From positions 33,504,001 through 33,568,000 of the forward strand of contig CP068257.2 in assembly GCA_009914755.4 (NCBI GenBank): a stretch of DNA of 64,000 bases, written 5' to 3'. A program made the position numbers and the translations under genes. This document shows, one piece after another, positions 25,701 to 42,869 of the stretch (position 1 is the stretch's first letter; the number at the start of each line of letters is the position of its first letter). The stretch is from the human T2T-CHM13v2.0 reference genome, Homo sapiens. Under the pieces are notes generated by a model, which had not been told where the DNA came from, made no database searches, and saw nothing but the letters and a program-made list of their open reading frames with translations.

Positions 25701-28700
25701 CACTTTTATTCATGGTCAGTGTCATCGTCATCATTCTCTTCCTCCCAGGCTAGTTAACAGAAGGGTAAAAACATTTTGACCTACAAACATAAAATAGTCA
25801 TATCATCCTCCAAAGTAACACAGTTAATACACTATTTCAGAAGCACCATTTTAGACACTTTTTGCCCAGAGAAAATCTTAAAGAACCCTATTGATTTGTT
25901 GTTTCACATTTTCCAGTATTCAGAGAAAATCTGTTTAGACTCCCTTGAGGACTACTGTCCACTCAGTAGAACCCATCCTTAATATCTTTCTCCCTTTCCC
26001 ATCATAATGGTGACTATGGAGTGATCTTCAGAAACCTTAGCACAAATGCAACCCCAGAGATGTCTTCAGAACAAACTAAAACCCACTGTAACATACCTGG
26101 AGGAAAAAATGCCACTGGAATCAACTTTCTGTTAATAAAGTAAGTTTTTCCCCAAATATTCAAAGTGTGTAATACCTGTAAACACTTTCTCCAAAGCCAC
26201 TTTCAACCCACAAATAATATTTTTATGATTAATCATAGAGAGAGAGGGCAAATATATGCAGAACTATGTCACACTCCCTCAACCGAACTTTCTGGTCATT
26301 TCCCCCGTTAGGGTTGGGAGAGGAGGGGTGGTGCAGGGGATGGAGAGAGAAGGTCCTTTGTCTGGAACTTTTCATTACTGAGGGGTTTTACCAAAGAAGC
26401 AATTCTTTTCACACGCTATGTCTCACCTTGAGTTCTTATCCGCTGGGGACATAGTTGATCAATGATGTAATTCTACAATTATTTAAGGATAGTGATTCTT
26501 TTATTCTCACAAAGGGTTTGCTGAAAATTAAAAGAAGCCTGCAGTCATTTATTTTAATCTCCCAAGATTGTTTATTGTTCCTACAAGTCAGGACAGCCTC
26601 ATCTTTGGAAAACACATTCCAGGAGAAAAGCTGATAAAATGATCGCATTGTTAGATGGGTGGGGTTTTGCAAGGTAGAATCCGTTGATGGTCTTTTAAAG
26701 CAGCACTTTATATTTTATCTTATGGTATTTCTGAAGTGCATGGATGGTCATTTGGTGCAAATGATAACTGTTCATTTACCTTTAGAGACTTTGTAATCAT
26801 TGAGAAGACAATAAATGTATATAAATTATAAACTTCAATAATAAGTTCTTGAAAATGTTCATTTCCTGTGCCATTTCCTTCCTATGCATTGCCATACAGC
26901 TCTTTGTATGTATAAATGAGGAAGAAGATATGCACTTAAGATGATTTCTTTGAATATTATAAGCCTCCCCGCTTCCAATACAATTAATCACCTTCCCATG
27001 TGTGATGGAAACTGCAAAATACTTTTTTTCCTTGTGTTATAAAAATATCCCTTGATTGTCAACTTTTAGTTTTTAAGTGCTTTGATCTACTTTGAATGTG
27101 AAGAGTGCAGGGTCCCCAAACTAAGTGGGTGGCCTCCACCCTATGGTGTGAGAAAAAGCTGTGAATTTTCCCCCTTATTTTTTATGTCCATGAGTTTCTT
27201 ATTTAGAGGAAAATTTAATACACAATTGGTACCTTTGCAGTTAGCTCACCCAAATGTTATTTGTTTAAGAGGTATTTGATGTCCAACATACCGAGTGATT
27301 TTTTTTTTTTACAAGACTTATTTAAGCTCTTTTCCTAGGAAAAAGATGTTGCCTTTCTGCCAAGGGCATATTATCTTCAAAAACTGGCATTTTTAGCCTT
27401 TTTTCCGCAACTTGAATTTTCCACATCTTAAATTGTCTCAGGTCTGTGAACTGTAGATTGGGAGAATTAGAAAAGATCTTCCTTCCTAGTAGCTGACATT
27501 CCTTGCTTAGGAAACTTTACACAGTCTCCCTCATTTGATGGAAAAAGCAATCATTAAGCATTAATGGGAGAACAGCAAAATCTTCAAAATCTGACTCATT
27601 TTAGATAAACACTTTCTAGCTTTCAAATCTATTCTAAGCCACTATAATGCTCACCATGTTTAAAATGGAAAGAAATACTTTCCGAGGTAAATACCCAATG
27701 AACCGAAATAAATAGAAATCCAGTTATGATGAAAAATATTAAAGGAAAAAGACTAAATGAACTTTCAAACCCTCTAAAGAGAGAGTAGTTCACCTGTTAT
27801 AACACGTGTAAGGAGGTGAATAAATTGTGTCAACTAATTTCCCAAATACAAGATCAACTCTCATATCTATAGGGGAGATAACTAATTGAACCATGACCCC
27901 AGCAATAAAATTCAGCACATCTCTGAAGATGAATATTAACGTGGTTTGGGAGAGAATGTGCTTGAGATATTAATGTTTTTAAGAACCAAGTTGTGGTTTC
28001 TTAGGCTAAAATTGCATGGCTACATTTGCTGTGCCAAGAATAGAGTTTCATACTCTCCGAAAACAGCATGACTCCAGTGAGATGTTTGGTCGGGGATCCC
28101 AATCGTGTAAGATACTGTGCAATTATGTCTATTTCCTTCCTGTCCCTAAATTCTACCAATTCCAAGTGCCTTTGGAACAGTGTGATCAGCACTTAGATAA
28201 AGGTAGTAAGGGCCCACCAGTCCTTGGATGTTCTCCTGGGCTTCATGAAAGAAAAGTCTGCAGCAGGTAAAGACTGGGGTCAATGGCTCCCTCAGTCCAA
28301 ACTGGACAGCCTTGGGAGGAGGCCACTCATGAAAATTTGGCTACAGAGATATGTTAGCCGTCTTTGTAACCAGTACTTTAAAAATAAAATACAATAAAAT
28401 AAAAAGATTCTTCAAGAGTACTCATGCAGGCCTCAGTGTTAATGTCTGCTCTTGGACTTGAAAACATTCTTGCCCCCTCCATAAACATTCTTTCCCACTG
28501 CTGAAAGCTGTTGAATGCTTGTCAGGCTTATTCAAAATTTGATGACCTTAATGGAAACCCCCAAAGATGACAACAGATAAAGAATAAAACCAGGACATAT
28601 CACTTGTAAACACAGTCAATGCATCCATTTCTTGTTTTTCAATTAATCATCTCTTGAGCTAAGAGCTTAGAAATTCCATTCAGATTTAGACATTCTTTTA

Positions 28701-30689
28701 AGAGTATGCGTCTGATTTCCAAATTACCAGCCCGATAGTTCTGACTAATGGAAAATAATGCACTACTTTGCTTCAGGCAAAGTCAAGTATTTGATTTTCA
28801 TAGAACCAACTTTCGATTAACTATTCTGTGGCTGTGTTTATCTACCATGACCTTTAGCTGATCTGTTCCAAACTGGTCAGGAAGAAAGAAGTGGTCTTAG
28901 AGGAAGCAAAGTCTGTTGGAAGTAACTCTGAACTGGAGTGTCAAGAAATCTTTCATTTCTTCTGTTCATGATTTTTGATAATTTATCTTCCCTGTGTCTT
29001 ATTTTCTCATTCTGTAAAAAGAAGGAAATTTAAAAAATGGCATCTTACAGGGATCAAAGATGCTAGGAAAGATGAAAAAGGAGTAAAAATGTCATTCCTG
29101 ATGGACCTCAAGGGCATTATGCTTAGTGAAAAAAAAGTAAATGGCAAAAGATTTTGTGCTGTTTGATTCCATTTATATAACATTCTTAAAAGAACAAAAT
29201 TATAGAGATGGAGAACAAGTTGGTGGTTGCCAGGGTTGATGATGCTGCGGTATGAATGTAAGAAGGTGACCTGAGGGGGTCACAGAGTGACCTCTGTAGT
29301 AACAGAGCAGTTCTGCCTCTTAGTTGCACTGGTAGTTACCCAAATCAATACACTAGATAAAGTTGCATAGAATTTCACGCACACACACATGCACACATAC
29401 AAACATACAAGTATTAACCACATGTAAAAAATGGTGAAAATTAAACAAGATCTGCAGTACAGTTAAGAGTCAAACAATTGATGTTCTAACAACATCAGTT
29501 TCTTGGTCTTGATATTGTACTGTGGTTATACAAAATGTTATCATTAGGGGAAGCTGGGTGAAGGGTACACTGGACTCTGTGTATTATTTTTGTAACTTTC
29601 TGGGAATCTATAGTTATTTCAAAATAAAACTTTAAAAATGTTATTATGTACCTGACCTTAGGATTCTTCTTAACCAATCTCATGTTCCCTGTGTGTATGA
29701 TTACAATAAAAATAAAAGTAGAAGTATTTTTTTCGAAAAAGAGAAAGTGGTGAGAGAGTGGCAAATGTTACATGGAGTGGGATGAGTCACAGGAAAACCA
29801 TGAAACACAGTTCTCTTCTTGTAACTTAACTTTGCATAAAAGTGAATACAATGATTCCTTGTTTAACACCACTCTGAACTTAAAAGCAAAATTCTTAGGA
29901 AGAGCCTTTTGAAATCTAAGACTTTTGTAAGTTGAGATGCCATGGAACATTTGTTCCATGGGCTGCCTCACAAAAACAAAGAATTTGTAGTAAACTAAGT
30001 TTGAAAATGTTAAACATAATTTTTTTCCCTGGCTCTCTTTTCAAAATGATATTTTAAAAAAACACATACCTTTGAAAAACAGACTCCAGACTTCTACTTC
30101 CTGAAATAGTAGATGGGATGATGCAGATGATTTGGACCAACTCTATGCTAAGACAACTTGAAATCGAGGCAAAACATACACACACGTATCACTGTCATCT
30201 TCATTATCATCATCATCTAATTGAAGGCATTGGAAAGCTCTTAATGCAGTAAAGGCCAAGATCCAAGAGAAAGCAGAAACAGAGAGATGAAATTTACCCT
30301 AAGGCAGAGGCCAGTACTGGAAGAGGGAGGAGAGTTCTCGAGAGAGAACTTGCAAAGGTAATCAGGGCCTTTGCCAGCTTCGCGTAGTGAGTGGGAGAAA
30401 AATGGAAGTCCAGGGCCCACCCAGAAGAAGCTTCTGGATAACCTTCCATGCTTTAGATTAAGACAGGCAAGTACTATATCCTGGGAGCAAGGGTGGATGA
30501 AAAGTGAAGTAGCCTTACAAGAACTGAAGTCTGTTTTATGATTATCTCAGTCCTTGAAATTGATCCTAGAATGCTGATACTTCTGGCCACCTGCTATAAA
30601 GAAAAATAAACCTTCCCTCTTTATCTAGGTTAAAGATAAAGTCTTCAATCATGTTTATACTTTTTTATATACATGAGACAGTCAATCAA

Positions 30690-32345
<1,656 letters not shown>

Positions 32346-32419
32346 AACTGTGTTCTTAGGGACTGACAATAATACTAGCCATTAATTTGTTGAAGTAATA
32401 CTGTCTGCTAACTACTTAA

Positions 32420-32635
32420 CATGAAGTAACTCATTTAATCCTCAGAGTATTCATACCCAGCAAAGACTGTTATTATCCTCACTTTAAACATGAGGAAACA
32501 TAGGCACAGAGAGGTTAAATAACTGTCCCAGGATTACCCAGCAGGTCTGGAGCACAGCTGGAGTTTGAAACCATGTGTTTAACTTTGAGTGTGATATTCT
32601 AACCACCATGTTGTACTCGATGACCCTGCCTCTCC
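32420..32635 (-). mobile_element. MIR SINE (antisense)
   Basis: 'ctcatttaatcctcagagtattcatacccagcaaagactgttattatcctcactttaaacatgaggaaacataggcacagagaggttaaataactgtcccaggattacccagcaggtctggagcacagctggagtttgaaacc' matches the reverse complement of MIR (tcatttaatcctcacaacaaccc…ccccattttacagatgaggaaactgaggc…). Confidence 0.8.
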
Positions 32636-33012
32636 TGTGGTAGCACAAAGAAAGATCTAGACTTGTCTGCCATGAAAGAAAATAGATTGTTTCCGACTTC
32701 AGGCATTTCCTTCAGATTAGATAATTAAGCCACCAACATATTTAAACTTAAAAAAAAAACATATCGAGAGAAGCTTGGTTGCCACGTATATTAAAAGCCT
32801 TAAGAAATTTCATTCTTGGACGGAGCATTTGCACATTTCTGAAGGCATCCCAAGAACAAAATAAGCATAGAAAAATAAATAGATAAACAGAGATGCTCAT
32901 TGCAGGCTTATCTGTGACAGTGAAAAGATCAAACGGTGTGAATGTATCATTAATGATGGCACATTTAGTGAAATAATATGTGGCTAGTAAAAGGGTATTA
33001 TAAGTAAAAGCA

Positions 33013-33045
33013 ATATATATATATATACACACACACACATATATA
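33013..33045. repeat. (TA)n(CA)n compound dinucleotide repeat
   Basis: atatatatatatatacacacacacacatatata. Confidence 0.9.
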
Positions 33046-33320
33046 AAATAAAAAGTTATATTAAGTGGAGGGGAAAGTAAACAAGAGAGCATATGCCAGA
33101 ATTATCACAAACTGGTACAATTCCCAATTCCTATGTATTCTTGACAAAAATCCTCAGAGGAGAAAAAGAACTATGCAAAATATTATACATTCTTGAAGGA
33201 AATACACTGAAATATTAGAACTGTAGCATGTATATTTGGGTTGCAGGATCAGAAATGCATTTGCACCTCTTTTTGTATTTCCCAGTTCTCCTTGGGGCTC
33301 GCATTAGGATTAACATGTAA

Positions 33321-33713
<393 letters not shown>

Positions 33714-34563
33714 TTAGAAAAGGACTCATTAACCAAAGAGGGCAGAGCTCCTGCTGCGATGTAACCTCTTCCCCCACCAAGTGGCTGAGGCTCACTCATC
33801 TTACCCTTTTGCCTCTAGTGTGGAAGGAACTGAAGATAAGGCCACATGGTTCCAGGCTGATGGAGCTCGGCAGTGTTCAGAAGCAGCTGCTTTAAGGAAA
33901 GACCTGCTCTGGGGCCTCATGGATGGCATGAGTAGAGAGGAAAGAGAACATTCGAGAAAAAAGACATCATCAACATATCCTATGTGAGGCCGATGCGTTC
34001 TTTGCAACTTCAAGTGATGTTTTTGTGGGATCATTAGTCTATCCATCTGTAGCCATGCATCCAGCAAATTCAGTATCTGTCACATGGAAACACTATGCTA
34101 GGGGCCCAGAGGGGAGAAAATGAGTTTAAGGAACAGATAAAGATTTTGTCCCAGATACCAATCAATCATGAAAAAGGGGACTTCACTCCCTTTGTTTACG
34201 AAGGTCCATTTCAGTTTCCCTGTCTACTGCACACATTATATCACTGAGATGTTTGGCTTTCCTGAGAATCGAAGAACCCACTGGAAAATAGTGATGTCAT
34301 TCTGAAGGTAGTTTCTCAAAGTGTAGTCTATGCAGGAAGGAGCGGAGGGACAGTAGCTCTTCTTTATCTCAAGGGTCCTTTTGTTGGACACTTTGAGGGG
34401 TCCTTGGTTAGGGTTGTTGTGAACTTGGCTGGGACAAAATACATCTTTATTTTTACAAACTCCATCTTTATTTTTACAAACTCCTAACTCAAACATAGCA
34501 TTTTCTTCTATCATAAATATAGAAAAGAAATTGCAGTAGTATTAGAAATATGTGTAACTTTCA

Positions 34564-35406
<843 letters not shown>

Positions 35407-36235
35407 GTCCACCTGTTGTTAACTTGGAACACATACTCATCTCCTTAAGATGTATTTAATTAATCACCACATGAAGACAGTAGCAAGTTTATAATTCTGC
35501 CTGACATGATACAGCTTTCCTGCTTACAATAAAAAATGTGCTAACCCTTTCCCAAGAGGAGGAGATAAAGCCCTTGAGTAATGTTTACTCTTCTCCTTGA
35601 TAGTCTGTACTCAAAAACAGTGATATAAAACCAATACATTATATATTTCATGATAAAGGAATAATAGAAGGAAGAAAACACAGAAATTTGCCCTATATCT
35701 GTGTGCACATACATACACACAAGTAAATTCAGAACAAAATAAGGAGGAAATATTCATGACAATTACAGTCTTCATTTCCATAACAGGTCATGTAACCGTA
35801 ACTGCTATTTACAACTCCCTTTTCCCACTATTCATTATGTATTCTCTTTGCCTTCAGCAATCAGATCAGCTAGTCATGGTTCTTTACTTGGTGGAATAAT
35901 CCAAGCCTTCATTCCAGAAGGGTCTGGGCCACTACTAGTCCTGCCTGAAGTGGGTGGTTGTAGTTTCTCATTGACCTTAATGACAAGGCGTGGTAATACT
36001 AAAGACACTCTAAGGGATCTCCTATGTTCCAAACATACTCTTCCTTCCCTCCAAGTGGTCCCATTTCCCCTTACTCGTCAGGATCAATCACCCCTACCAG
36101 CAGAGTAACTCTCTTCTATGCCTGTTCATTTAGCATTATGAGGAGTACAAAGTGGGAGAATGGCAATCTTAAGTTCCAGTTCAATGAAATCATTGTGTGT
36201 CTCCTGGTAGAAGCATTCTTCCCTTCCCAGGAGCT

Positions 36236-36620
36236 GATATGGTTTGGCTGTGTTTCCACCCAAATCTTATCTTGAATTGTAACTCAAGATGAGATTTGGG
36301 TGGGGACACAATTCCCATGTGTCATGGGAGGAACCCAGTGGGAGGTGATTAAATTATGAGCGGCGGGTCTTTCCTGCACTGTTCTTATGATAGTGAATGA
36401 GTCTCAGGAGATATGATGGTTTTAAAAATGGGAGTTTCCCTGCACAGGCTCTCTCTCTTTCTTTGCCTGCTGCCATCCATGTAAGATGTTACTTGCTCCT
36501 CCTTGCCTTCTGCCATGATTGTGAGGCCTCCCCAGCCATGTGGAACTGTGAGTCCATTAAACCTCTTTCTTTTTTAAATTGCCCAGTCTTTATTAGCAGT
36601 GTTAAAACAGACTAATACAG
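36236..36620 (+). mobile_element. THE1/MST-type MaLR solo LTR carrying an internal 25-bp inverted duplication
   Basis: tgatatggtttggctgtgtttccacccaaatcttatcttgaattgtaactc[aagatgagatttgggtggggacaca]attcccatgtgtcatgggagg…ccatgattgtgaggcctccccagccatgtggaactgtgagtccattaaacctctttc…cagtctttattagcagtgttaaaacagactaatacag. Confidence 0.8.
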
Positions 36621-36639
36621 TAAATGAGCTAAGACCTCT

Positions 36640-37235
36640 AGGCCAAAGGACATAAGGTCATCAGAGCAGAAAGCAAAGGTTTTACTAGTGGGTCACTAAG
36701 GCTAACAGTGAATGGTGCTATTTTCTCCCTTTGATTTGCAGGCCCATCAATTCTGGCTATGAGGAAAACAGGACCAGGTATTGGAAGCTGATTCAGAGCC
36801 TACACAGCCTTCTGGAGAATCTTACCCCAGCCCTACAAGATATTGCCACCTAGCTGACACTGTAACTGAGTCTTCAAAATGCCATTCCACTGTTTTACCA
36901 AACCAGTTGTTTCAAGATGGAGGGAAACATAAGACCAGTGAATTCCACGAGCATGGGCCCACTGCAGCACTTCATTTGCTGTGAAGTGAGTTCCTTGATC
37001 AGAAGCAGTTTTTTTATGGAATACCATGATGGTGGATAGGGCAATTCTTTAAGTCCATGGATGGTAGTTTTGGCCAGAAGCATTGCATGCAGGGAAGACA
37101 AATCTGTATCTATGCCATCTATTCCAGTAAGAAAAAACACTACTTCTTCCACGATGGAAGTGGTCCAATGTAATCAACCTGCCACCAGGTCAATCACCTG
37201 GTTGGTCTGACTTGGCAATAGGTCTTGATATTGAA
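36640..37235 (-). mobile_element. ERVL-like (class III, spumavirus-like) endogenous retrovirus pol relic: integrase catalytic core, decayed
   Basis: The minus-strand translation across 3 frames reads LTWWQVDYIGPLPSWK | FLTGIDGIDTDLSS…TTIHGLKELPYPP | IKKTASDQGTHFTANEVLQWAHARGIHWSYVSLHLETTGLVKQWNGILKTQLQCQLGGNIL*GWGKILQKAV*ALNQLP. This gives the D (QVDY), D (SDQGTHFT) and E (HLETTG) triad of retroviral integrases. The 'DYIGPLP' and 'SDQG..FT' forms resemble spuma/ERVL integrases. Confidence 0.6.
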
Positions 37236-37337
37236 TGAGTCAATAAGGATACATAACTGTTACTATTCACAAATTTTAAGAAACTACTTTGACAGCTATA
37301 TTTCAATATAATTGCCTTTAACAGAACAAATCCACTG
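37236..37337 (+). mobile_element. Second, truncated copy of the L1M-type 3'UTR segment (about 75-80% identical to 34985-35090)
   Basis: 'gaatgagtcaataaggatacataactgttactattcacaaattttaagaaactactttgacagctatatttcaatataa' aligns with 'taatgagttaataaagagtcataactgttattattcacaattttttagagaagcattttgataactatattaacc'. Confidence 0.45.
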
Positions 37338-37672
<335 letters not shown>

Positions 37673-39135
37673 CAAATTATTGGTAAAATACTGGATGTAT
37701 CTTGTCTTTGATTACAATTATAGATTAATTTAGAATGAGGCAATATCTTTTGTATTTTCTTACTGGCTAGGCAATCGGGAATAGTCTTCTATAAGTGGTG
37801 CTAACAAGACTATTTTATTTTTCTTTTCTCTCCACTCAGCCATGTCCCCAATATTTTGGACCTGAGGTATGAAAATAAGTACCTTATTTCTACTCCCCCC
37901 AATTGTTCTATTGAATCTAGTTCTACTGAAATAATTACATCTCTGTTGCTGCATTCCAATCATGAGCTTGATTGTAATCTCAGCATTTTAGGCACAGTAG
38001 AACAAGGAAGAGCTTTCCATCAGAAGTGATCGCAGGAGACACTGTTCATTAGTTCAACTACTATTTTTCAGAGCACACCCTGAAAGTCAGGAGTAATACC
38101 AGGTAATTTAGGGCTTCAAGAATGGATGAAACATGGCTACAACAGTAAAGGAGCTTAACCAAGCAAGAGAGACAGGCATGTAGAAGGCCCTGGGAACCCA
38201 GAAAATGGAGCAGGAGACTCTGTCTGGCACAAGGAAGGTGGCTTTATGGATGGAGGTACATTTACACCTGGTCTGTAAGAATGGGTATGGTTTCGCATAG
38301 TAGAAAAGGGACAAGGGAGAAAGACTGGATACAAAAGAAGGGGATTAGTGGTGGAGCAATTACAATTAGAGGAGGCAATAAAAGGAGTGGGGACATAGTG
38401 TATTTTAGAGACCACAACCAGTGTCTATGGAGCTAGAATAAAAATTATCCGGGTAAGAAGATGAAGTTAGGTGTTGCTGGAAAGGTAGGATGCCGTGGAG
38501 ACTGGACTTGGGATTTGACAACCAGTAACTGAAAGCCATCAATAACTTCTAGGCAGGGGAATAACATGATCAGATGCGTGTTAGAAAGATGACTCAGGAG
38601 ACCACATATTTAAGGAAAACAATGGAATCACAATATCCTGGGACCATTCTGAATTTGGGGAAACAAAGAGAGAGAGAGAGAAAGAAAAGAATCAAAGATA
38701 CCTTTTGAATGTCTAGCTTAGGTGAGAGGTTTGGTGGTGACATCCCTAATGGGGGAAAGGTCAAGTTAGAGGCAGAGAATCAAGGTCTGGAGATCTAGAG
38801 AGATCCTGAGTCTGGGAAAATAAAGGTATGAGTCATCTACATGGAAGTGATAGTTAAAGCTATGGGAATGAAGGAGCTTTCCTGGGAGAACGTCTAGACT
38901 TGTGATGTGAAGAGCCTTGAGGACAAAACCCGGGGGAGCACTAACGGGTAAGAGTGGTGCCAAGAAAGATGAGTCAGTGAGGGAAACAAGGAGAGGAGGC
39001 AGAGGATCCTACGGAGAATCAAGAAATGCTATAAGAAATTAGGAGGCAAACTCAGAGCAGCAAGGTGGGTGGGAGAATTGCAATAAGAGCTTCCAAAGTG
39101 GTTGTGGAAGCTAAGATTAGAAATTTGAATTCTGG

Positions 39136-39471
<336 letters not shown>

Positions 39472-40282
39472 AAATTTGAATTCTGGAGGTGAAGTGACAT
39501 TGTCCACATAGGACAACATCCGGGTGCTGTTGTGGGAAATGTTGAGCTGAGATGTAGGTGAAAAGATCTAGCAATTCAAAGTCAAGGGTGATTCAGTTCC
39601 TCCAAGAAGAGGTTTACAGGAGGTTATGCACTGCTTGAGAGGAGCACATAGATGAGATGACAAGTCACTTGCTTTCAGAGGCCTGCAGACCAAGGTGGCA
39701 CCTGCATTTTCCCCACAATGGAGTGGCAAGATGAAGAAAGACCCTCCAACATGAAAGTTTGTTTTCGGGTTGGTTTATTGCAATATTGCAGTTGGTGCTC
39801 CTTGTGACTGTGAGATAGTCAAGGCTAGCGAAAGGTAATATACCCAAGGTAGAGTTTGTTCAAATCTATTTGGTTAGATATGGGCCAAGCCATAGCCTTG
39901 GCTTCCTGACCACTAAGCTCTCAGCCACCTAAGAAGCCGTCTTCTTCTGAAGCCCATTCCTATCAAGAGCCTATTCCTATCATTTGGTACGACGGTGAGC
40001 TATCCGGGGACACGCATGAAGAGGCAAATCTCTTCCCAAGCTCCATCTTCTGTAGAAGCCAAGCTTCTGGTCCTGCTCTTATCTTTTTCATGAACATTCG
40101 CCAGTCCCTGCTGTCACTCTTGCTCCCCACAGTCTCCATCTGGCCCCTCAGCCAGGTTCCCTTTGAAATGTAAGTTATATTGTAGCACTCCCCTGCTTAA
40201 AACTCTATTGTGGTTTCCCATCATGCTTAGACTAAAGCTGAGGGTCAAGGCCATGATCTAAAGGCCTTGCCATAATCTGTAG

Positions 40283-40511
40283 CAGTGGATCTCAATGTAG
40301 GGTGATTTCACATCCACCCCCAAGATACCTGGCAATGTCTGGAGACATTTTTGGCCGTCACAATTTGTGGGGAGAGGTTGCTAATAGCATCTAGTGGGTA
40401 TAGGCCAGGGATGCTGCTAGCATTCTACAGTACACAGGACTCGCCACCAGCTACAATGACAAACAATTATCCAGCCCCAAATGCCAATGGTGCCAAGGCA
40501 GGAAGACCCTG
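40283..40511 (+). mobile_element. MER5A-type hAT-Charlie non-autonomous DNA transposon
   Basis: cagtggatctcaatgtagggtgatttcacatccacccccaagatacctggcaatgtctggagacatttttggccgtcacaatttgtggggagaggttgctaatagcatctagtgggtataggccagggatgctgctagcattctacagtacacaggactcgcc…ccaaatgccaatggtgccaaggcaggaagaccctg matches the MER5A consensus termini (cagtggttctcaacc…gaggttgagaaaccctg). Confidence 0.75.
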
Positions 40512-42869
40512 CCCTACAGGGCCCTCATACTCTGGTCCTGCCTATCCTGCGTACCCTCGCTGATGCATTCCTCCTGGGTCACTCTCATCCTGGCCAGTCA
40601 TGCTTTCCTCAGATGCACCATTGCTACCTTAGGACATTTTGTACCTTCTTCCTCTGATGCCTCCCCTAAATGTTCTCCAGGCTTGCCCCTTCTCACTATG
40701 CAGGTTTCTGCCAAAACGCTGCTCCTTAAGGCTTTCTCCAATTCTATAATCTAAACTAGCTCCTCCTCTCCCACTGCCCTCCTGCTTTCTTCACAGCACT
40801 TTGATCATCTGAAATGCTATGACTTAATGGCCTCGTTCTGTCTTTATCATCTGTCTTCTTTGCTGGGAGGTGAGCTCCCTGAGAGCACGGCTTTGTCCCA
40901 TCCCCAGAGCAGCACCAGCACTTGGTCACTCAAGAGATAGCTACCAATTAAGTAAAGGGAAGAATGCCTGTCTGGGGCCTGGCTCCCTAAGATGCTGATC
41001 CTGGGGTGCAATGACAGGTGATCCCTGACTCTCTTAATACTCATCCAACAAGGACTCTTCAATTCGATTTTGAAGCTGTTTGGCCTTACATTTGCCTAAC
41101 ACCCACCCAACACAGCATAGGAAGGCCATTGGATCCAAAGGGTTACAAGTCATAGGACCAAATGCCAGGCATCTTGGATGAGCCTGCTTTGGTCAAAGAA
41201 CCTTCACTGCATTCTCCTTCACTCTGGACTTTGGGTTTTCCCATTCATGGGTTGGGTAGCATGACCAACCTCAAACACTAGATTCAAGTGCAATTTCCAA
41301 CCTTGTTTGGACTGTATCACGCAAAGCACACGCATGCATGAGAGTACACGTACAGGGTCACAGACATGTTATCATATAGGGCATAGATCCTCTTTTAGCA
41401 AGCCAACCACAGTGTTGGTCAAACTATTTCTATTACAACATAAATGCAACTCAAATAGAAGCAAGTCTCTGTAGTCTGAGAGTTGGGGAGAGGTGAGCCT
41501 GGTGGAAGCTCTTCAGAGTGTCCCACGGGAACCTAGTGTTCCTAAGCAGGGTAGGTTTGGGGTTCAATTTAATTCATTTACAGTGGAAACATTTTACAGC
41601 ATCGCATGAAGTTTTCTTTTATAAAGTAAATTTCGAACCCACCCATCCTCATAACTTCTGATCTCCTGTCAGTACCAGTTTTCTTTTTTTTTTCTTTTCT
41701 TTCTTTCTGAAGAGAGGTCTCCCTAGGGTAAAAAGTAAAAACAGCTTTTCCTGGAAAAGTTCATGCTACCCTCATTTACCTTTTGCATAACAAAAGCCCA
41801 GACTCTAATTCTGAATAGCTGTTTTGTGTAGTTGAACCAGGTGTCCCGCTTGGAGAGACTGAACATTGGAAGTCAGAGAAATGCCAATTTGCTGTGTTTC
41901 AAAATACTTTGTTTCAATTGCTGCCAAAGCCTGGGGCAAAATGCTATAATCTATTTCCAGTTGTAGCTTTTCAGCTGGCTCAGCCTATTTTTTAAAAAAT
42001 TTATTAACATGCCCAAGTGACAGTATCACTTATTAACCTTATTGATCTGGGAAAAATTTTGTTAACTATAAAACATATTCATTATTTGGGGTTAGTACTA
42101 GTGACTTCTTGACAGCAAAACATCCAAGTCTTAGAAGGTGAAAACTGATTTATAAATACATAGCAAACATGCTAATTAAAATACATCAGTGATGTATGTC
42201 TATAGATTAAATAATCAGATGATATTAAGTGAAACGGAGAAAGGCACGTTGCCACTGTATTTGAGGTAGACTACTGACACATCTGATTACAACATATTTT
42301 CAATTTAGAGTGTGAGAGAGACATTCTACCATTGTTAGTCACATCACATCTGGTCGATCCAGTCCTATATTTTTCTGAATGTGCCACATTTGCAAAGAAA
42401 GATCTTAAGGAAAAGGCAGCATATGGTTTGCTAACTACCAGAGACATGAAAGGCTTTCAGATAAATGCATAAGTCTCATTCATTCAACAAATATTTTCTG
42501 AGGATTTACTAGGGGCTAGGTATGATTGCAGATGCTGAGTCTGCAAAGTAAACATATATACTTATGTGAACACAGTATTCAGCACCTGGGGCCCTGCACT
42601 GGGATTTTATCAGAATTCTTAGACAGCATTTGGATAAGCTTATTCCTCATAGATCTCTGCTTTCTCTCTCCAAAGGATGAAGCTGAAGACTGGAGAAGTG
42701 TATACAATGGAAAGGAATGGGATCTGTAGTCAAAGATGTGGAATCAAACTTTGACACTTGACAAACTGAGTTGGCCAAATGGTTTTACATCCTTGAGTCT
42801 CAGGATCCTTCTTTATAAAGTAACCCAACCTCATCAGGGTGGAGTCATGGCAAAACAAGGTAGGGTATA

